Notes: a model not told the origin generated them from the letters alone. A DNA stretch of 63,639 nt, filler included, from Saprolegnia diclina VS20 (GCF_000281045.1; 44 parts of 44 records of this genome joined end to end with filler, not necessarily neighbours in it); one strand, 5' to 3'; positions 36,333 to 48,639 are shown, counted from the first letter of the whole stretch. Made by a program: numbers and translations.

Positions 36333-37233
36333 GGTCGAGGCGGAGGAAATTGCAGAATGAGTCCAAGATGGCGCATTGACCGAACTGTCGTGTTGTGAAT
36401 TTGCATGGTATGTACTACTTACTGGAGCATTGTATGTGGAGGTTGTGCATGGGACGTATGCGCAAAGTGAGCTGCAAAGTGGATTCTCATCGTCGATGGC
36501 AGATGGTCCTTACTTGGTGCACGCCAATTGGCTGCTGGCTGCGTGTAAAAAGTGCGGGGGGTTGCGTCGCCGGATTGTGGTCGTGGCAAGTGCAAAGTGC
36601 CTGCAGCATGGAAGGCTCACATTGCACTTTGTCCATGAACCACGCTGGTTAGATTGAAGCTAGTTTGATACGTTGGACGCATTTCTCTTTACGCTAACTT
36701 CGCTCCTTCTGGCCTAAGATCTTATATGTCTTTTGTGCCGCAGTCACCGGCGTCAGCTTACCGCGTCGTATGGACGCTCGACGGACGGATAGATTCGGTT
36801 GGATTTTCTTCAAATAGTTTGGACGCCTCTGATTGGCTGGCTTCAAAAAGGGTACTTCAAGCACCCGATCCAGCTCGTGTCAGTCGAAGTGTCTTGTGTC
36901 TGGTCGTGAAAGCGTACGCAAGTGGCGCTAACGTTACCAGTACGACTGGATAAGACCAGATTTCTAACTGCGTCCTGCGAGCCCTCGGCACCGCTGCATG
37001 AGCTTTTACAGTGCGCCTCCACCACCAAGCGCAGCTCCTAGGATAAATCTAAGGTGCCACTGGCCAGAGCAGCTGCACATGGCAGGTAGAGTATCCAACT
37101 GGTCCGGCGGCTACAACCACAACACTAGACTGAAAAATGTATATCTGCGGGCTCAAAACAATCCAATAATGCCACCTGTTTTGCAAAGCACGTGGCAATT
37201 TAATGAATTTAGAAGGCATGCAGGGCGATCTTG

Positions 37234-37249
37234 ACTCATTCTGCAATTT
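37234..37249 (+). promoter_or_regulatory. Inr-FPR core promoter (mirror copy at 36347-36362)
   Basis: ACTCATTCTGCAATTT is a near-perfect consensus match, ending 14 nt before the ATG. Confidence 0.8.
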
Positions 37250-37263
37250 CCTCCGACTCGACC

Positions 37264-37445
37264 ATGAAGCTCGCCATCATCCTCGCCACTGCCGCCTACG
37301 CCACGGCCTGCACCAACGTCTCCGTCGAGGGCGACGCCACCTACTGCATTGAAGGCGCCATCTGCGGCGGCAACGGCAGCGCCTGCCCCAAGCAAGGCGA
37401 CTGGGCCTCGGGCGACTGCAAGGCCGGCCTCTTCTCCTCCAAGAA
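37264..37445 (+). CDS. Secreted Cys-rich Car90/mucin-like protein, copy 2 (divergent orientation)
   Basis: Identical peptide to copy 1 over the visible length. Confidence 0.85.
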
Positions 37446-37545
37446 NNNNNNNNNNNNNNNNNNNNNNNNNNNNNNNNNNNNNNNNNNNNTTAATTAATTA
37501 ANNNNNNNNNNNNNNNNNNNNNNNNNNNNNNNNNNNNNNNNNNNN

Positions 37546-37870
37546 TCCTCGGGCACAATGATACCGACGAGCATCGAGTGGAGCGAGTCGCCATACACAA
37601 ACGGCTGGGCGACGTACACGCTGCCCTTGATGATGTTCTCAATCTTCTCGGGGGCCACGTACTCGCCCTGCGAGAGCTTGTCTCAACGGCTTTGAGTGCG
37701 TCCGTGCCATTTTGCTGCACCCGGAGCCGTTCACGGTCGAGAACGACCTCTTGACGCCGACGTTCAAGCTCAAGCGCAACGACGTCAAGAAGCTTTTCAT
37801 CAAGCAGATCGACGCGCTCTACGTCAAGACAGGCGACGTCGTCGCGGGCAAGAATGTCCATCAGAAGTAA
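37546..37870. pseudogene. Long-chain acyl-CoA synthetase fragments joined in opposite orientations (mirrored at 38577-38901)
   Basis: Minus strand 37546-37679: [16 protein letters not shown]...[17 protein letters not shown]. Plus strand 37682-37870: [32 protein letters not shown]...*. Confidence 0.9.
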
Positions 37871-38901
37871 GCACGCGTGTATAAAATATATGAGTGCACA
37901 CTCTTCTCTTGTGGGTAATACTTACGAGGACGAGGAGGTATTGCTTGATCGAGCACGCCGTCAGATCGATCATTGCTGCTTGGCGACGACCCGCTGGCGC
38001 CTATGTTATCCGGACAAGCTTATCCGGATGAAATCGGCACCACGCTGCTGCTCGGCAGCTTGTCGACGACTTTGGAAGTTTTTTAAAGAGGCTCGTGTTT
38101 TGAGCGATATGGATAGAGCATAACGCAGGGAGTCCAAAAACCAAAGAGTCGTGCTCGTAGCGTGCCTACAGCCTGCGCTAGTTGCAATTGTAATGTGGTC
38201 GTTGGCTGATACATTGATACAGAGATACTAGATTCAGTATCAGTTTTTTCAAACTTGAACGACGCGCAGCGCAGGCTGTAGGCACGCTACGAGCACGACT
38301 CTTTGGTTTTTGGACTCCCTGCGTTATGCTCTATCCATATCGCTCAAAACACGAGCCTCTTTAAAAAACTTCCAAAGTCGTCGACAAGCTGCCGAGCAGC
38401 AGCGTGGTGCCGATTTCATCCGGATAAGCTTGTCCGGATAACATAGGCGCCAGCGGGTCGTCGCCAAGCAGCAATGATCGATCTGACGGCGTGCTCGATC
38501 AAGCAATACCTCCTCGTCCTCGTAAGTATTACCCACAAGAGAAGAGTGTGCACTCATATATTTTATACACGCGTGCTTACTTCTGATGGACATTCTTGCC
38601 CGCGACGACGTCGCCTGTCTTGACGTAGAGCGCGTCGATCTGCTTGATGAAAAGCTTCTTGACGTCGTTGCGCTTGAGCTTGAACGTCGGCGTCAAGAGG
38701 TCGTTCTCGACCGTGAACGGCTCCGGGTGCAGCAAAATGGCACGGACGCACTCAAAGCCGTTGAGACAAGCTCTCGCAGGGCGAGTACGTGGCCCCCGAG
38801 AAGATTGAGAACATCATCAAGGGCAGCGTGTACGTCGCCCAGCCGTTTGTGTATGGCGACTCGCTCCACTCGATGCTCGTCGGTATCATTGTGCCCGAGG
38901 A
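37546..38901. repeat. Whole-contig palindrome (88-nt spacer 38180-38267)
   Basis: Mirrored ends and identical mirrored ORFs. Confidence 0.97.
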
Positions 38902-39001
38902 NNNNNNNNNNNNNNNNNNNNNNNNNNNNNNNNNNNNNNNNNNNNTTAATTAATTAANNNNNNNNNNNNNNNNNNNNNNNNNNNNNNNNNNNNNNNNNNN
39001 N

Positions 39002-39948
39002 GGTGCGTTGCGCTTGCGCTTGCGGTCGGCTGTTTCGTCGCGCTGGTGGCGTCGTTGCACGCGCGCTGCTCCGATCGGCGTGAGATGAAAGCCGAGCGTT
39101 GTTGCAAAGTACTCGATCACATCAAATTGGAGGTCGGCGACAGCGACGTCGAGCGCGATGCGCCAGTACACTGGTTCGCTGTACGCAGTGCAGAGCCATT
39201 GAAGTAGCGCAAACTGGTTCTGGGTTGCAGCTTCTTGGAAAGCCTCTGCGATCATGCTGCCAGAGCTGTTGGCCAAGAGAAAAGCCACGAGGTCCGGGCT
39301 GCCGCTGGCTACAGCACGCCGCATGTGGTGGGCCTTGAAGGTGGCGATGTCGCCTTGCTCAAAGAGGTGCTGCACGATGCAGAGCCGACCGCCACGCAGC
39401 GCAATCGCTACCAATGTCTTTGGAGACATGTGGGCTTCGTTTTCGAGGGCAAAGCGAAGCAAGTCGACATGGTCGCCGAGACAGGCCGCGACTGCAAAAT
39501 GGCGCACAGAGCCGGAAATGGTATCGCGGCCGTACTTGCTGTAGAAACAGGAGCCGCCGAAGTCGCGGACATTCCCGTTGCGGTCACTGGTGTAGTGTCG
39601 TTTCACATGACGGTGCTGGGAGGCGCAGCGGTGCCACGCCCCGTAGCGGAGCGTCCAGTGCCCACGGGCGAAGCACAGTGTCTTTATCGCCACGAGCTCG
39701 CACAAGAGATCGACGCGGCCATACTCGAGCGCATAGCTAAGCAGCAACGTCGGGCATAACTGGCGCACGAAGCGGAAGCCGACGCGATCGAGCCACGGTG
39801 CGATGAGCGCGTGCACGGGCCCGAGGTCGCCGCCTGGAGAGGTGTGGCCGAGGCGCTTGAGGATAAGCACGTCTTGGTTGACGCCGACTTGGTAGGCGGC
39901 GACGAGCGGGAGGAGCTGCGCGCTCATGAGGACGCCGAGGCAGGCCAT
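39002..39948 (-). CDS. Degenerate ankyrin-repeat protein
   Basis: MACLGVLMSAQLLPLVAAYQ start, with repeats ALEYGRVDLL, ACLGDHVDLLRF, AVASGSPDLVAFL and AATQNQFALLQWL. Confidence 0.8.
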
Positions 39949-41710
39949 GGTCTCGGGCTTGTGTCCTGCGCCCCTGGATCGGATTTGAAATTTCAAACAC
40001 GTGGTGTGTTTCAAACGTGTTTAAAACACATCGTAGCCGAAAGAATGACGTGGCAGCAGGAGGTGGCGCGATTCGCAGGATGGCGTGATCCCATTGGTTC
40101 AAATGCAACGAATGACATGCCTTTGAGTGTAAAATCGGCTTTTGATTGGCTTATAATCGTGTCGCAGCAAATCCCACGAGGCACTTCGTCGCGCCGACTG
40201 ACGACGCCGAATGCACCCTCGTCGACGCAGATAGGCGTTTGCAGGTTGTCGNNNNNNNNNNNNNNNNNNNNNNNNNNNNNNNNNNNNNNNNNNNNTTAAT
40301 TAATTAANNNNNNNNNNNNNNNNNNNNNNNNNNNNNNNNNNNNNNNNNNNNTTGGGCGTTGGACGCAAAAATCTGCAGAAGCAGCGCCATGACAGCGATC
40401 GTAGGCCACACGCGCTCAAAACACGTCGCAGACAAACACCAACCGAGACGATCGAGAAGCGCGAGAGCTTTGACGACGCGCTGTCGTCATCTCGGAGGAG
40501 CAGAAGCGTCGGAAGCAACTCGACGAGACGACCAGCGCGACAATGCGCGTGACAGTGGGGCACGCCTGCAGCTTGAGCTCTGCATCACGCTTGATCAATC
40601 GCTTGATCAGTCGCTTGCCGCTCGTCTTGGAGAGCGCGGTGGGCGAGAATACGTATCTACAAGCTATATCGATGAAAGCGTCAGCAACTCTGCGTCGGCT
40701 GGAGCTGCACTCGTCACTGCCGAGCGCGGGAGTGGCCGGCACAGGCATTTCGAGCGGCCGGAGAAGTGGCGCAGACTGTGGAACGTCAACGGCGAGGGCC
40801 GGGAGGCTTTTCGCGACCAGAGAGTAAGCTGGAGCGTCGACAGCGCGGCCTCAGCTCATGACTGACCTTCGACGCGATCGTGTCGAGGACTTGGAGCTTT
40901 TCGACCGGATGCGCGAGCTGGCGCCGGTCTTTTCGTCTCGTGCTTGGACATGTGTTGCACGCAATCGGCTCGAAGAACCTTCGTTGTCGCCGCGTTGAGG
41001 CTGGCAAATGCTGCCGGAAGTGTGGCCGCGTCCAATCGACCGCGTCTGCCGCGGCATGGCGGAGCAAAGGCAAAATCCTCAGCGTCATGAAGGCGGCACA
41101 GCCTACGCGAACAATAAGAGTGAGCTGTCGCAATCGTTTGCTACCTTGAGCACAGAGCGGATTGGAGGCGACGTTGGGTGAGAGGTTCGCAAGGGGTGAG
41201 AGGTCGCTGCGCGCCAGCGGTCTTGGTGCCGGCTGCTGTGTGCAAGCAGCAGGACGTCACGCGTGAGGCGCTCGAGATTAAGCCATCGAGCTCGATGCCA
41301 TAAGATGGCGCGCGCTCCGACTGCGACGCAACGCACGCGCGGCGCCTACTGCTGCGCCGGCGTCGTCATGGGCTCGTTGTCGTGTCGCCCGTTTTGAAAT
41401 TGCCCTTGCTATTGGTGTCCGGATAGTATTATGCGGATGCTTCGAAACGACGCCACGAGAGCGACACGGTCGAGGCCATCACTCCTCGCACAAACGCGCG
41501 AGGTTGTCGCTGTCAGCGTTTGCCTCGACGCGTCGACTATATACCTCCCAGCGTGTATACCCCCAACGTAAACGCAATGGACTTTCCACCGCTACGGCGC
41601 CGATGGCTGCNNNNNNNNNNNNNNNNNNNNNNNNNNNNNNNNNNNNNNNNNNNNTTAATTAATTAANNNNNNNNNNNNNNNNNNNNNNNNNNNNNNNNNN
41701 NNNNNNNNNN

Positions 41711-43005
41711 TGATGAAGAGGTAAAAGCTAAAGAAGAGCGTCGCGTCGGACGCGTCAAAGCCAATCATAAAGTAGAGCGGCACGAGGAAGATAAGCGGAA
41801 AGACGAGCTGGAAGAAGAGCTCGCTGACGTTCTTGGCGAGGTACCACACCCACGCGTGGTAGAGACCCGAGTCGTACTCGCGGCGCATGATGGGCAGTTC
41901 CATGGGCACCGCGATAAACTCGGGCGTCGCGGCACCAAACATTTGGTTGATCGCGATGAAGAAGAGCGCGCCCGTGAACGACTGGACGCCCGACTGCGAC
42001 ATCTTGATCTGCCAAAAGATGAGGCCCGCAAAGATGGACGTAAAGATGCTCTGGCCGAGGCGCGCGCCAAACGCAATCTTGTCCCGGACAAGGCGCGTCA
42101 CGTTGCGCTTGGTGAGCACGCGCAGCTGGCCCATGAGCCCCATGTGCGTCTGCGTGTAGCCGTTGTCATCGTCAAACTCTTCGTTACTCGACTCGGACGA
42201 CGCTGGCGCCGTGGTCAAGTGCGTCGCCCACGCCTTGACGAGCGCCTGGACGCGGGCCTTGGACGTGTCGGTGCCATCGGCTTGGATGATCTGGCGCATG
42301 AAAAAGTCGGTCGGGTTCATGTAGTTGGGACACGCGTGGCCCTGCGCCGCAAAGTACGCGACCGCTTCGGACGCCGGACCGTTGTAAACAGTCTCGCCTT
42401 CTGTGAGCAAGTAGAGCTTGTCAAAGAGCGGGAAGAGCTCGGACGACGGCTGGTGGATCGTCGCAATGACCGTCCGGCCCTCGCGTGCGAGCTGGCGCAG
42501 CTGCAGCACGACCGACTCGGCCATGACCGAGTCGAGACCCGACGTGGGCTCGTCCGCAAAGAGGAGCGACGGGTTGGTCAAGATCTCGGTCGCGAAACTG
42601 AGACGCTTGCGCTCGCCCCCCGAGATGCCGCGGATCTTGTCGCCGCCGATGGGCGCGTTGCGGCACTTGCCGAGACCAAGCTCCTGGATGACAAAGTCGA
42701 CGCGCGCTTGGCGCTGCGATGGGTTGAAGAGTTTGCCCATGCGGAGCTCGGCCTGGTACAAAAGGTGCTCTTCGACCGTCAGCGTCTCGTAAAAGACGTC
42801 GTCTTGCATGACGTAGGACGCGTGCTTGGCCGACGCCTTGGACCAGCGCGCGCCGTTGACGAGGACAGAGCCCGACGTCGCCGACTGGCGACCCGAAATG
42901 ACATCGAGAAGCGACGACTTGCCGGCGCCGGACGGACCCATGAGCACAACAAACTCACCCGCGGTCGCCGACCCGTGCACGTCGTTGAGTACGACCTTGT
43001 CGACC
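41711..43005 (-). CDS. ABCG (White-like) half transporter, internal part
   Basis: Walker A GPSGAGKS, signature ISGGERKR, DEPTSGLD, TIHQP, NPTDF, followed by ABC2-type TM helices. Confidence 0.96.
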
Positions 43006-43105
43006 NNNNNNNNNNNNNNNNNNNNNNNNNNNNNNNNNNNNNNNNNNNNTTAATTAATTAANNNNNNNNNNNNNNNNNNNNNNNNNNNNNNNNNNNNNNN
43101 NNNNN

Positions 43106-44404
43106 CAAGCTGGCCGCGATGGTTGACGGCAGCTGCAAGGCGAACGAGTGCGCATCGTGGAGAGCCGAGACGCAGAGCTGCGTTGTCGATTCGCAGACTT
43201 CGCAAATCGGGTGTGTATTGGGAGATCGCTGCAAAGTGTTGATTGCTGTCGCCCCAAAGATTCGAGGCATTGGCTGCAGTGTGATCAAGGCTGGCTTTTG
43301 GCTGGAACACGTGTCTTGAAAGAGGAAGGACGGCTGCACAAACGTAGACCCGGCACCGAAGACACACATGGGGCTGCCGCCAAAGTACGTTCGGCTTCCT
43401 CCGCGCCAAGATATCGGAGTTGCGTCCAATTGCACCGACGGCCATTGCGTGAGCGCAGCCAAGAGACGGGGATCAGCAGCTAATGCAGCGATTAACGAGG
43501 CTTGAAACGTGGCAACGAGCGTGCGCACGGACGCTGGCGGCGCAACGAGAAAGATATCGACCGATTCAAACGGGCCAAGCGCGTCATGCACGATAACGCT
43601 CGCGGCCGTGAACGGGTAGACGCCCGTGATGAACTCGACCGTCATGGAGGGCCCGAGCGTATTGTTGGCCATAAAATTCGGCGCACTGCGCACGAGGCTG
43701 CCGTTGGCGACCGACGACGCCCAGAGGTCGTTGAAGAAGTACCAGTTTTGAATTACGGTCGTCCAGAGCGCCCCTAGATTGTGTGAGACTAGCATAGCCA
43801 GCGTTTTGGCGAGCGTACCTCGACTGGCATACGCAATGTTGGTGGTTGAGAGCGTCTGTGGCCACCCAAATGCATTGGTGATTGCGATTGTTTCGTGCAT
43901 GCCGATGGAGAGCATGTTGCCCCACTGCATTGTGAAATGCGTGAGCCCATGCGAGTCCCAGAATGCGACTTCATCGTCGGCCGAGACGCGCGCGTTCTGA
44001 ACACTTACAAGCCATTGCGCGCCCCCACGTGAGGCGACGACGGCGTCTCCGACGGAAAACATAAACGACGACTCGAACCGGCCGAGAAAAGCCGACCAAT
44101 TGACGTTGCGAAGCAGTAGCTCGAGGTACACCGCAGCGTTCGTGTCGTACTGGGCGGTGCAGCGCTCTTGACGGACGCGGGTGTGCGCGAGCTCCCAGCG
44201 CTTCTCGACGTCGACCCAGCAGTACTGCGTGTAGATTTGAAACGTGAGACGCGTCAAGAGAGACGGAAGGGCCTCGACCGCAGTTCGCACCGACGTTTGC
44301 TCGCTCAAGAGAATCGCCCGTGGGTACGACGGCTGAACTTCGAGCATCGTCGATGGTTCGTCGTAGTCCTTGAGCAGCGCGTTGGACGCATCAAACGCGT
44401 CGAT
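43106..44404 (-). CDS. Large Saprolegniales-type membrane protein, internal part
   Basis: TQYCWVDVEKRWELAHT..RQERC...NAAVYLE..LRN and YFGGSPMC motifs. A 45-nt in-frame GT-AG intron is likely at 43774-43818. Confidence 0.8.
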
Positions 44405-44504
44405 NNNNNNNNNNNNNNNNNNNNNNNNNNNNNNNNNNNNNNNNNNNNTTAATTAATTAANNNNNNNNNNNNNNNNNNNNNNNNNNNNNNNNNNNNNNNN
44501 NNNN

Positions 44505-45787
44505 ATTGCGATGCCATACTTGGGCCGCAAATGTCAACAAGCAACTCTGCGCTACGCGCGCCACCCGATGCATCATTATGGTGCATTTAACTACGACGTA
44601 ATGGGCACTTGACGCCATCGCCATCGCCGTCCGAGTTGACGCCGCCTGGAATCGCATGCCTCCATGCCGATCTGAACGATGCCAAGATGCGAGGCGTCCG
44701 TGTCGCGTGTACTTGTCGATGTCGACTCGCTAGTATTGGCGCTGCAGGACGTCGCCAGCGCCTCTCGAAGCGACGGCCAAGTGGCGCGGCGACGTCCTTG
44801 AGTTCGTCGACCCAGATGCTGCAGACGCTGATGCTATGGGAAGAAACCTCCAACACTGTGAGTCTTGAGAGCTACGTCAACAATCTTTCTTTCTCCAGCC
44901 AAGCCGGGTACGCTGCGCTCACCGACTCGCTTCAGGTGGCCCTCTTGGACGTGGTGCAAGACCTTGACGGCGACGATGCCTTGCCGCACCGACTCCCGCC
45001 GGATAGCACTCGATCAAGGTACTGCGCAAGACGTATCACAAGTTGTGATACGTCTTGCGCAGTACCTTGATCGAGTCCAGTGGGAGGTTGTGAATCACAA
45101 CCTCCCACTGGACTCGATCAAGGTACTGCGCAAGACGTATCACAACTTGTGATACGTCTTGCGCAGTACCTTGATCGAGTCCAGTGGGAGGTTGTGATTC
45201 ACAACCTCCCACTGGACTCGATCAAGGTACTGCGCAAGACGTATCACAACTTGTGATACGTCTTGCGCAGTACCTTGATCGAGTGCTATCCGGCGGGAGT
45301 CGGTGCGGCAAGGCATCGTCGCCGTCAAGGTCTTGCACCACGTCCAAGAGGGCCACCTGAAGCGAGTCGGTGAGCGCAGCGTACCCGGCTTGGCTGGAGA
45401 AAGAAAGATTGTTGACGTAGCTCTCAAGACTCACAGTGTTGGAGGTTTCTTCCCATAGCATCAGCGTCTGCAGCATCTGGGTCGACGAACTCAAGGACGT
45501 CGCCGCGCCACTTGGCCGTCGCTTCGAGAGGCGCTGGCGACGTCCTGCAGCGCCAATACTAGCGAGTCGACATCGACAAGTACACGCGACACGGACGCCT
45601 CGCATCTTGGCATCGTTCAGATCGGCATGGAGGCATGCGATTCCAGGCGGCGTCAACTCGGACGGCGATGGCGATGGCGTCAAGTGCCCATTACGTCGTA
45701 GTTAAATGCACCATAATGATGCATCGGGTGGCGCGCGTAGCGCAGAGTTGCTTGTTGACATTTGCGGCCCAAGTATGGCATCGCAAT
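44505..45787. repeat. Whole-contig palindrome with nested hairpin array
   Basis: Fold-back axes at 45042, 45094, 45146, 45198 and 45250, spaced 52 nt apart, each with a 1-nt loop. Confidence 0.98.
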
Positions 45788-45989
45788 NNNNNNNNNNNNN
45801 NNNNNNNNNNNNNNNNNNNNNNNNNNNNNNNTTAATTAATTAANNNNNNNNNNNNNNNNNNNNNNNNNNNNNNNNNNNNNNNNNNNNATCGTTGGGCTTC
45901 CACGAGCGGCTGCCACGTCAGAGCCAATTTTAGCCAATCAAATGTCGTTGTGTATCCGGTTGCCATCATCCACTTTGCACTTTCTGACG

Positions 45990-47170
45990 ATGGCAAATCC
46001 AGCCGTGGCCGCGTACGAAGCCGCGTTCAGGCTGGTCCAAATGCCCAGCGCGTTCGTTGCCACGAGCGCGCTTCCGTATCCGGCGCCGTACGTCTTCCAC
46101 CTCACGGGCATGGACGAGGCGGTGTCGTGGCCACTCGGCGCCACGCAGGCAGCGCAGATCGCTGCGCTCTACCCCGACAAGATCATCGCCGAGGCACACA
46201 TCGAATTCGACGAGGCGTACTTGGACGACCATGACGCCGTGCTGGATATCGTCGATCGCGTCTGACTTCCGCACTTGGCGCCATCGAGCATCGTGTACAT
46301 GGAGCTCTCGCACATGGTCGTGGACGACGTTGGCGACGCCGACAGCTTCCACCTGCAGCCTTCCGACAACAACGCGACTACGTTTGGGATGCTTATCGTG
46401 CTGCTTCCATCGGCGTACACTGGTGGCGTCCTCACGTTTACGCACAGCGGCCACTCGCAAACGTTCGGTGACGACATGTCGCTTCTCGAGACGTCATTTG
46501 CCGCATCGTATCTCTCAACGGCGATCACGTCCGCGCCCATCACGTCCGGGCGCCGTGCCGCCCTTGTCTACCGCTTGTTTTACCGCGGCGTAGAGGACGA
46601 GCCCCTGCAATCAGCGGAGGCGGCTTTTCGGGCGCTTGGGCAGTCGACGACGCAAGAGGTCCAGCGCCTCGGACTGGAGCTGGATGCGTCGCTCTGCTCT
46701 CTCTCCTTTGCCAACTTATCGCTCTTTAAGATGGGGCTTGTGAACGCGCTTCTCGCCGCCGGTAATTTTGACATTGGCCTGGCGACGCTCGCTGCGTACG
46801 AGAAGGGCCAAGTCCAAGCGTTCAAGCCGCATCCCGCGTGCAATATCCCCGACGCCGTTGGTCGCGGCTTGATTGGCCGACCTCTCGACGGCTTTTTGTA
46901 CTTGCCGCCTCCAAACTTCGGTGCATTCGATTGTCCGCTTTGCGCGATCGTGTTTTGGCCCAAGCGCCACCGCGTCGGCATTGTCGACATCGTCCAAGTC
47001 TTGGACTTTGTCATGTTGCGACTTGAACGCGGTGACGACGACGACGACGGGTACCTCGGCATCTCGGACTCGGGCGAGCTGTTGCTGGGCGCGGTACCCT
47101 ACTTTGTCCTCCACGGGCCGTCGTTGGCGAAGCCCAAGGGGCACTTGTCCAAGAATGAACGCACGTACTT
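45990..47170 (+). pseudogene. 2OG-Fe(II) oxygenase-like paralog with a premature in-frame TGA
   Basis: ATG at 45990 after Inr-FPR-like CCACTTTGCACTTT. TGA at 46263-46265, after which the same frame continues to GMLIVLLPSAYTGG...SAPITSGRRAALVY...AIVFWPKR. Confidence 0.78.
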
Positions 47171-47270
47171 NNNNNNNNNNNNNNNNNNNNNNNNNNNNNN
47201 NNNNNNNNNNNNNNTTAATTAATTAANNNNNNNNNNNNNNNNNNNNNNNNNNNNNNNNNNNNNNNNNNNN

Positions 47271-48479
47271 GAGAAGAGGCCGGCGTGAGTGAGTGGCTCA
47301 AAGCGTTTACGTTGGCAAGATCGGTGTGCTTGAAGCCGCTGGAGCTGCAGAGTGGTCCTTTCTCGCCTGTCGACGGCGACACCAACACCGCATTGGGCAG
47401 AACGCGTGCTGTCTCGCGCCCGACAGGCGCTGCGTTGACTTGCGTTTTGTATCGATCACGCTAATTGTATTGTAAACCGATGTAACTTATGCCACCTGCT
47501 GAGCTTCTTCAAGTGCCTGCGCTTGGAGAACCAGGTGCTGTTTCCAAGTTTCTTGAAGCTCATGGCTTGTCAGTACGAAATGCCTCTACTGTACTGGATC
47601 ATCTCTCGACGCGACGCAAGGTCGTATCTACATGAGCGAGCGCTCGATATGGCGCTTGTCCATGCGCGGGCCACGATCGGGGGCTGCAAAGACGTTGCAG
47701 CATGGCGTATATGGGTGTATGACGTGGGTATACCCACATGTGAAGTTATCACTTGTGGACAATAAATACAGTACTGGATTTCTCTGGGTGCAGGCTCAAG
47801 TGCACATGCAGCGTGTCTCTTCTCCGCCACCAGACGACGCCGCTGACAACGTCACGTCTCGTATCTAAGGACTATACCAAGGGCTCTATAGCATTGCCTC
47901 TACATACTCGTAGAAGCGAACGACGCAGATCGCTCGACTGTTGCCGTCCCAGGGGAGACCGGGCTCTCTGGGCCCGGAGCGAGACGACAGCACATTCAAG
48001 CGTGTACCTACGATCGAAGAGGACCTGATCGGAAGCTCCAACTGACGGATCCGACTTTGAACAGATTGTTTGAAGATGGAGCTACTTCAACGTCTGCTGC
48101 CGCCCAAAATCAAGCAGTGTCTTGGGTTTATAAACCAGGGTAGTGTCTACACTCACTTGGAAGGTTTGCTGCAGTAATATCAAGCGCCGGCCACCACCCG
48201 CTTAGTAATGGACAAGCTCTTCTAGAGGTCGCTAATGCTGGTGTGAGATGACGAGAATACTGCAGCCCCTCTGGTGTTAACATGCCTCTGGGAGTACAAG
48301 GAGCAAAGGCTGCGGCAAACGTTCTTGAAACTGGTCCTGAGAACAGCAGTAAAATCCAGCGCTTGATTTTGGTCGGCTGCTTCAACAGCACAGAAAAGTC
48401 GCACAGAAGATAGCGGATACACCAGATGCCAGCTCCTTGAAGATCGCTTTGAGCCACTCACTCACGCCGGCCTCTTCTC
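47271..48479. repeat. Non-coding segment bounded by a 35-bp perfect inverted repeat; near-duplicate contig at 61264-62404
   Basis: GAGAAGAGGCCGGCGTGAGTGAGTGGCTCAAAGCG at 47271-47305 and its reverse complement at 48445-48479. Confidence 0.9.
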
Positions 48480-48492
48480 TCGTCCAGAAAAA

Positions 48493-48539
48493 TTCACTTT
48501 GCAATTCGCCCCGACCATGTCAAGCAGCTTGGAAGACCA
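48493..48539 (+). promoter_or_regulatory. Inr-FPR element followed by a gene start
   Basis: TTCACTTTGCAATTC, then ACCATG with the ATG at 48517 (MSSSLED). Confidence 0.6.
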
Positions 48540-48639
48540 NNNNNNNNNNNNNNNNNNNNNNNNNNNNNNNNNNNNNNNNNNNNTTAATTAATTAANNNNN
48601 NNNNNNNNNNNNNNNNNNNNNNNNNNNNNNNNNNNNNNN

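Noticed and set aside
41856..43061. 401-aa plus-strand ORF, and similar antisense ORFs at 8343, 24120 and 27152
   Set aside because: These are shadow ORFs opposite real GC3-rich genes.
45008..45284. CRISPR array
   Set aside because: The units alternate in orientation, there are no unique spacers, no cas genes are present, and the context is eukaryotic.
46263..46265. Selenocysteine or recoded TGA (also at 15364)
   Set aside because: There is no redox-Cys context or visible SECIS. A nonsense mutation such as CGA to TGA is the simpler explanation.
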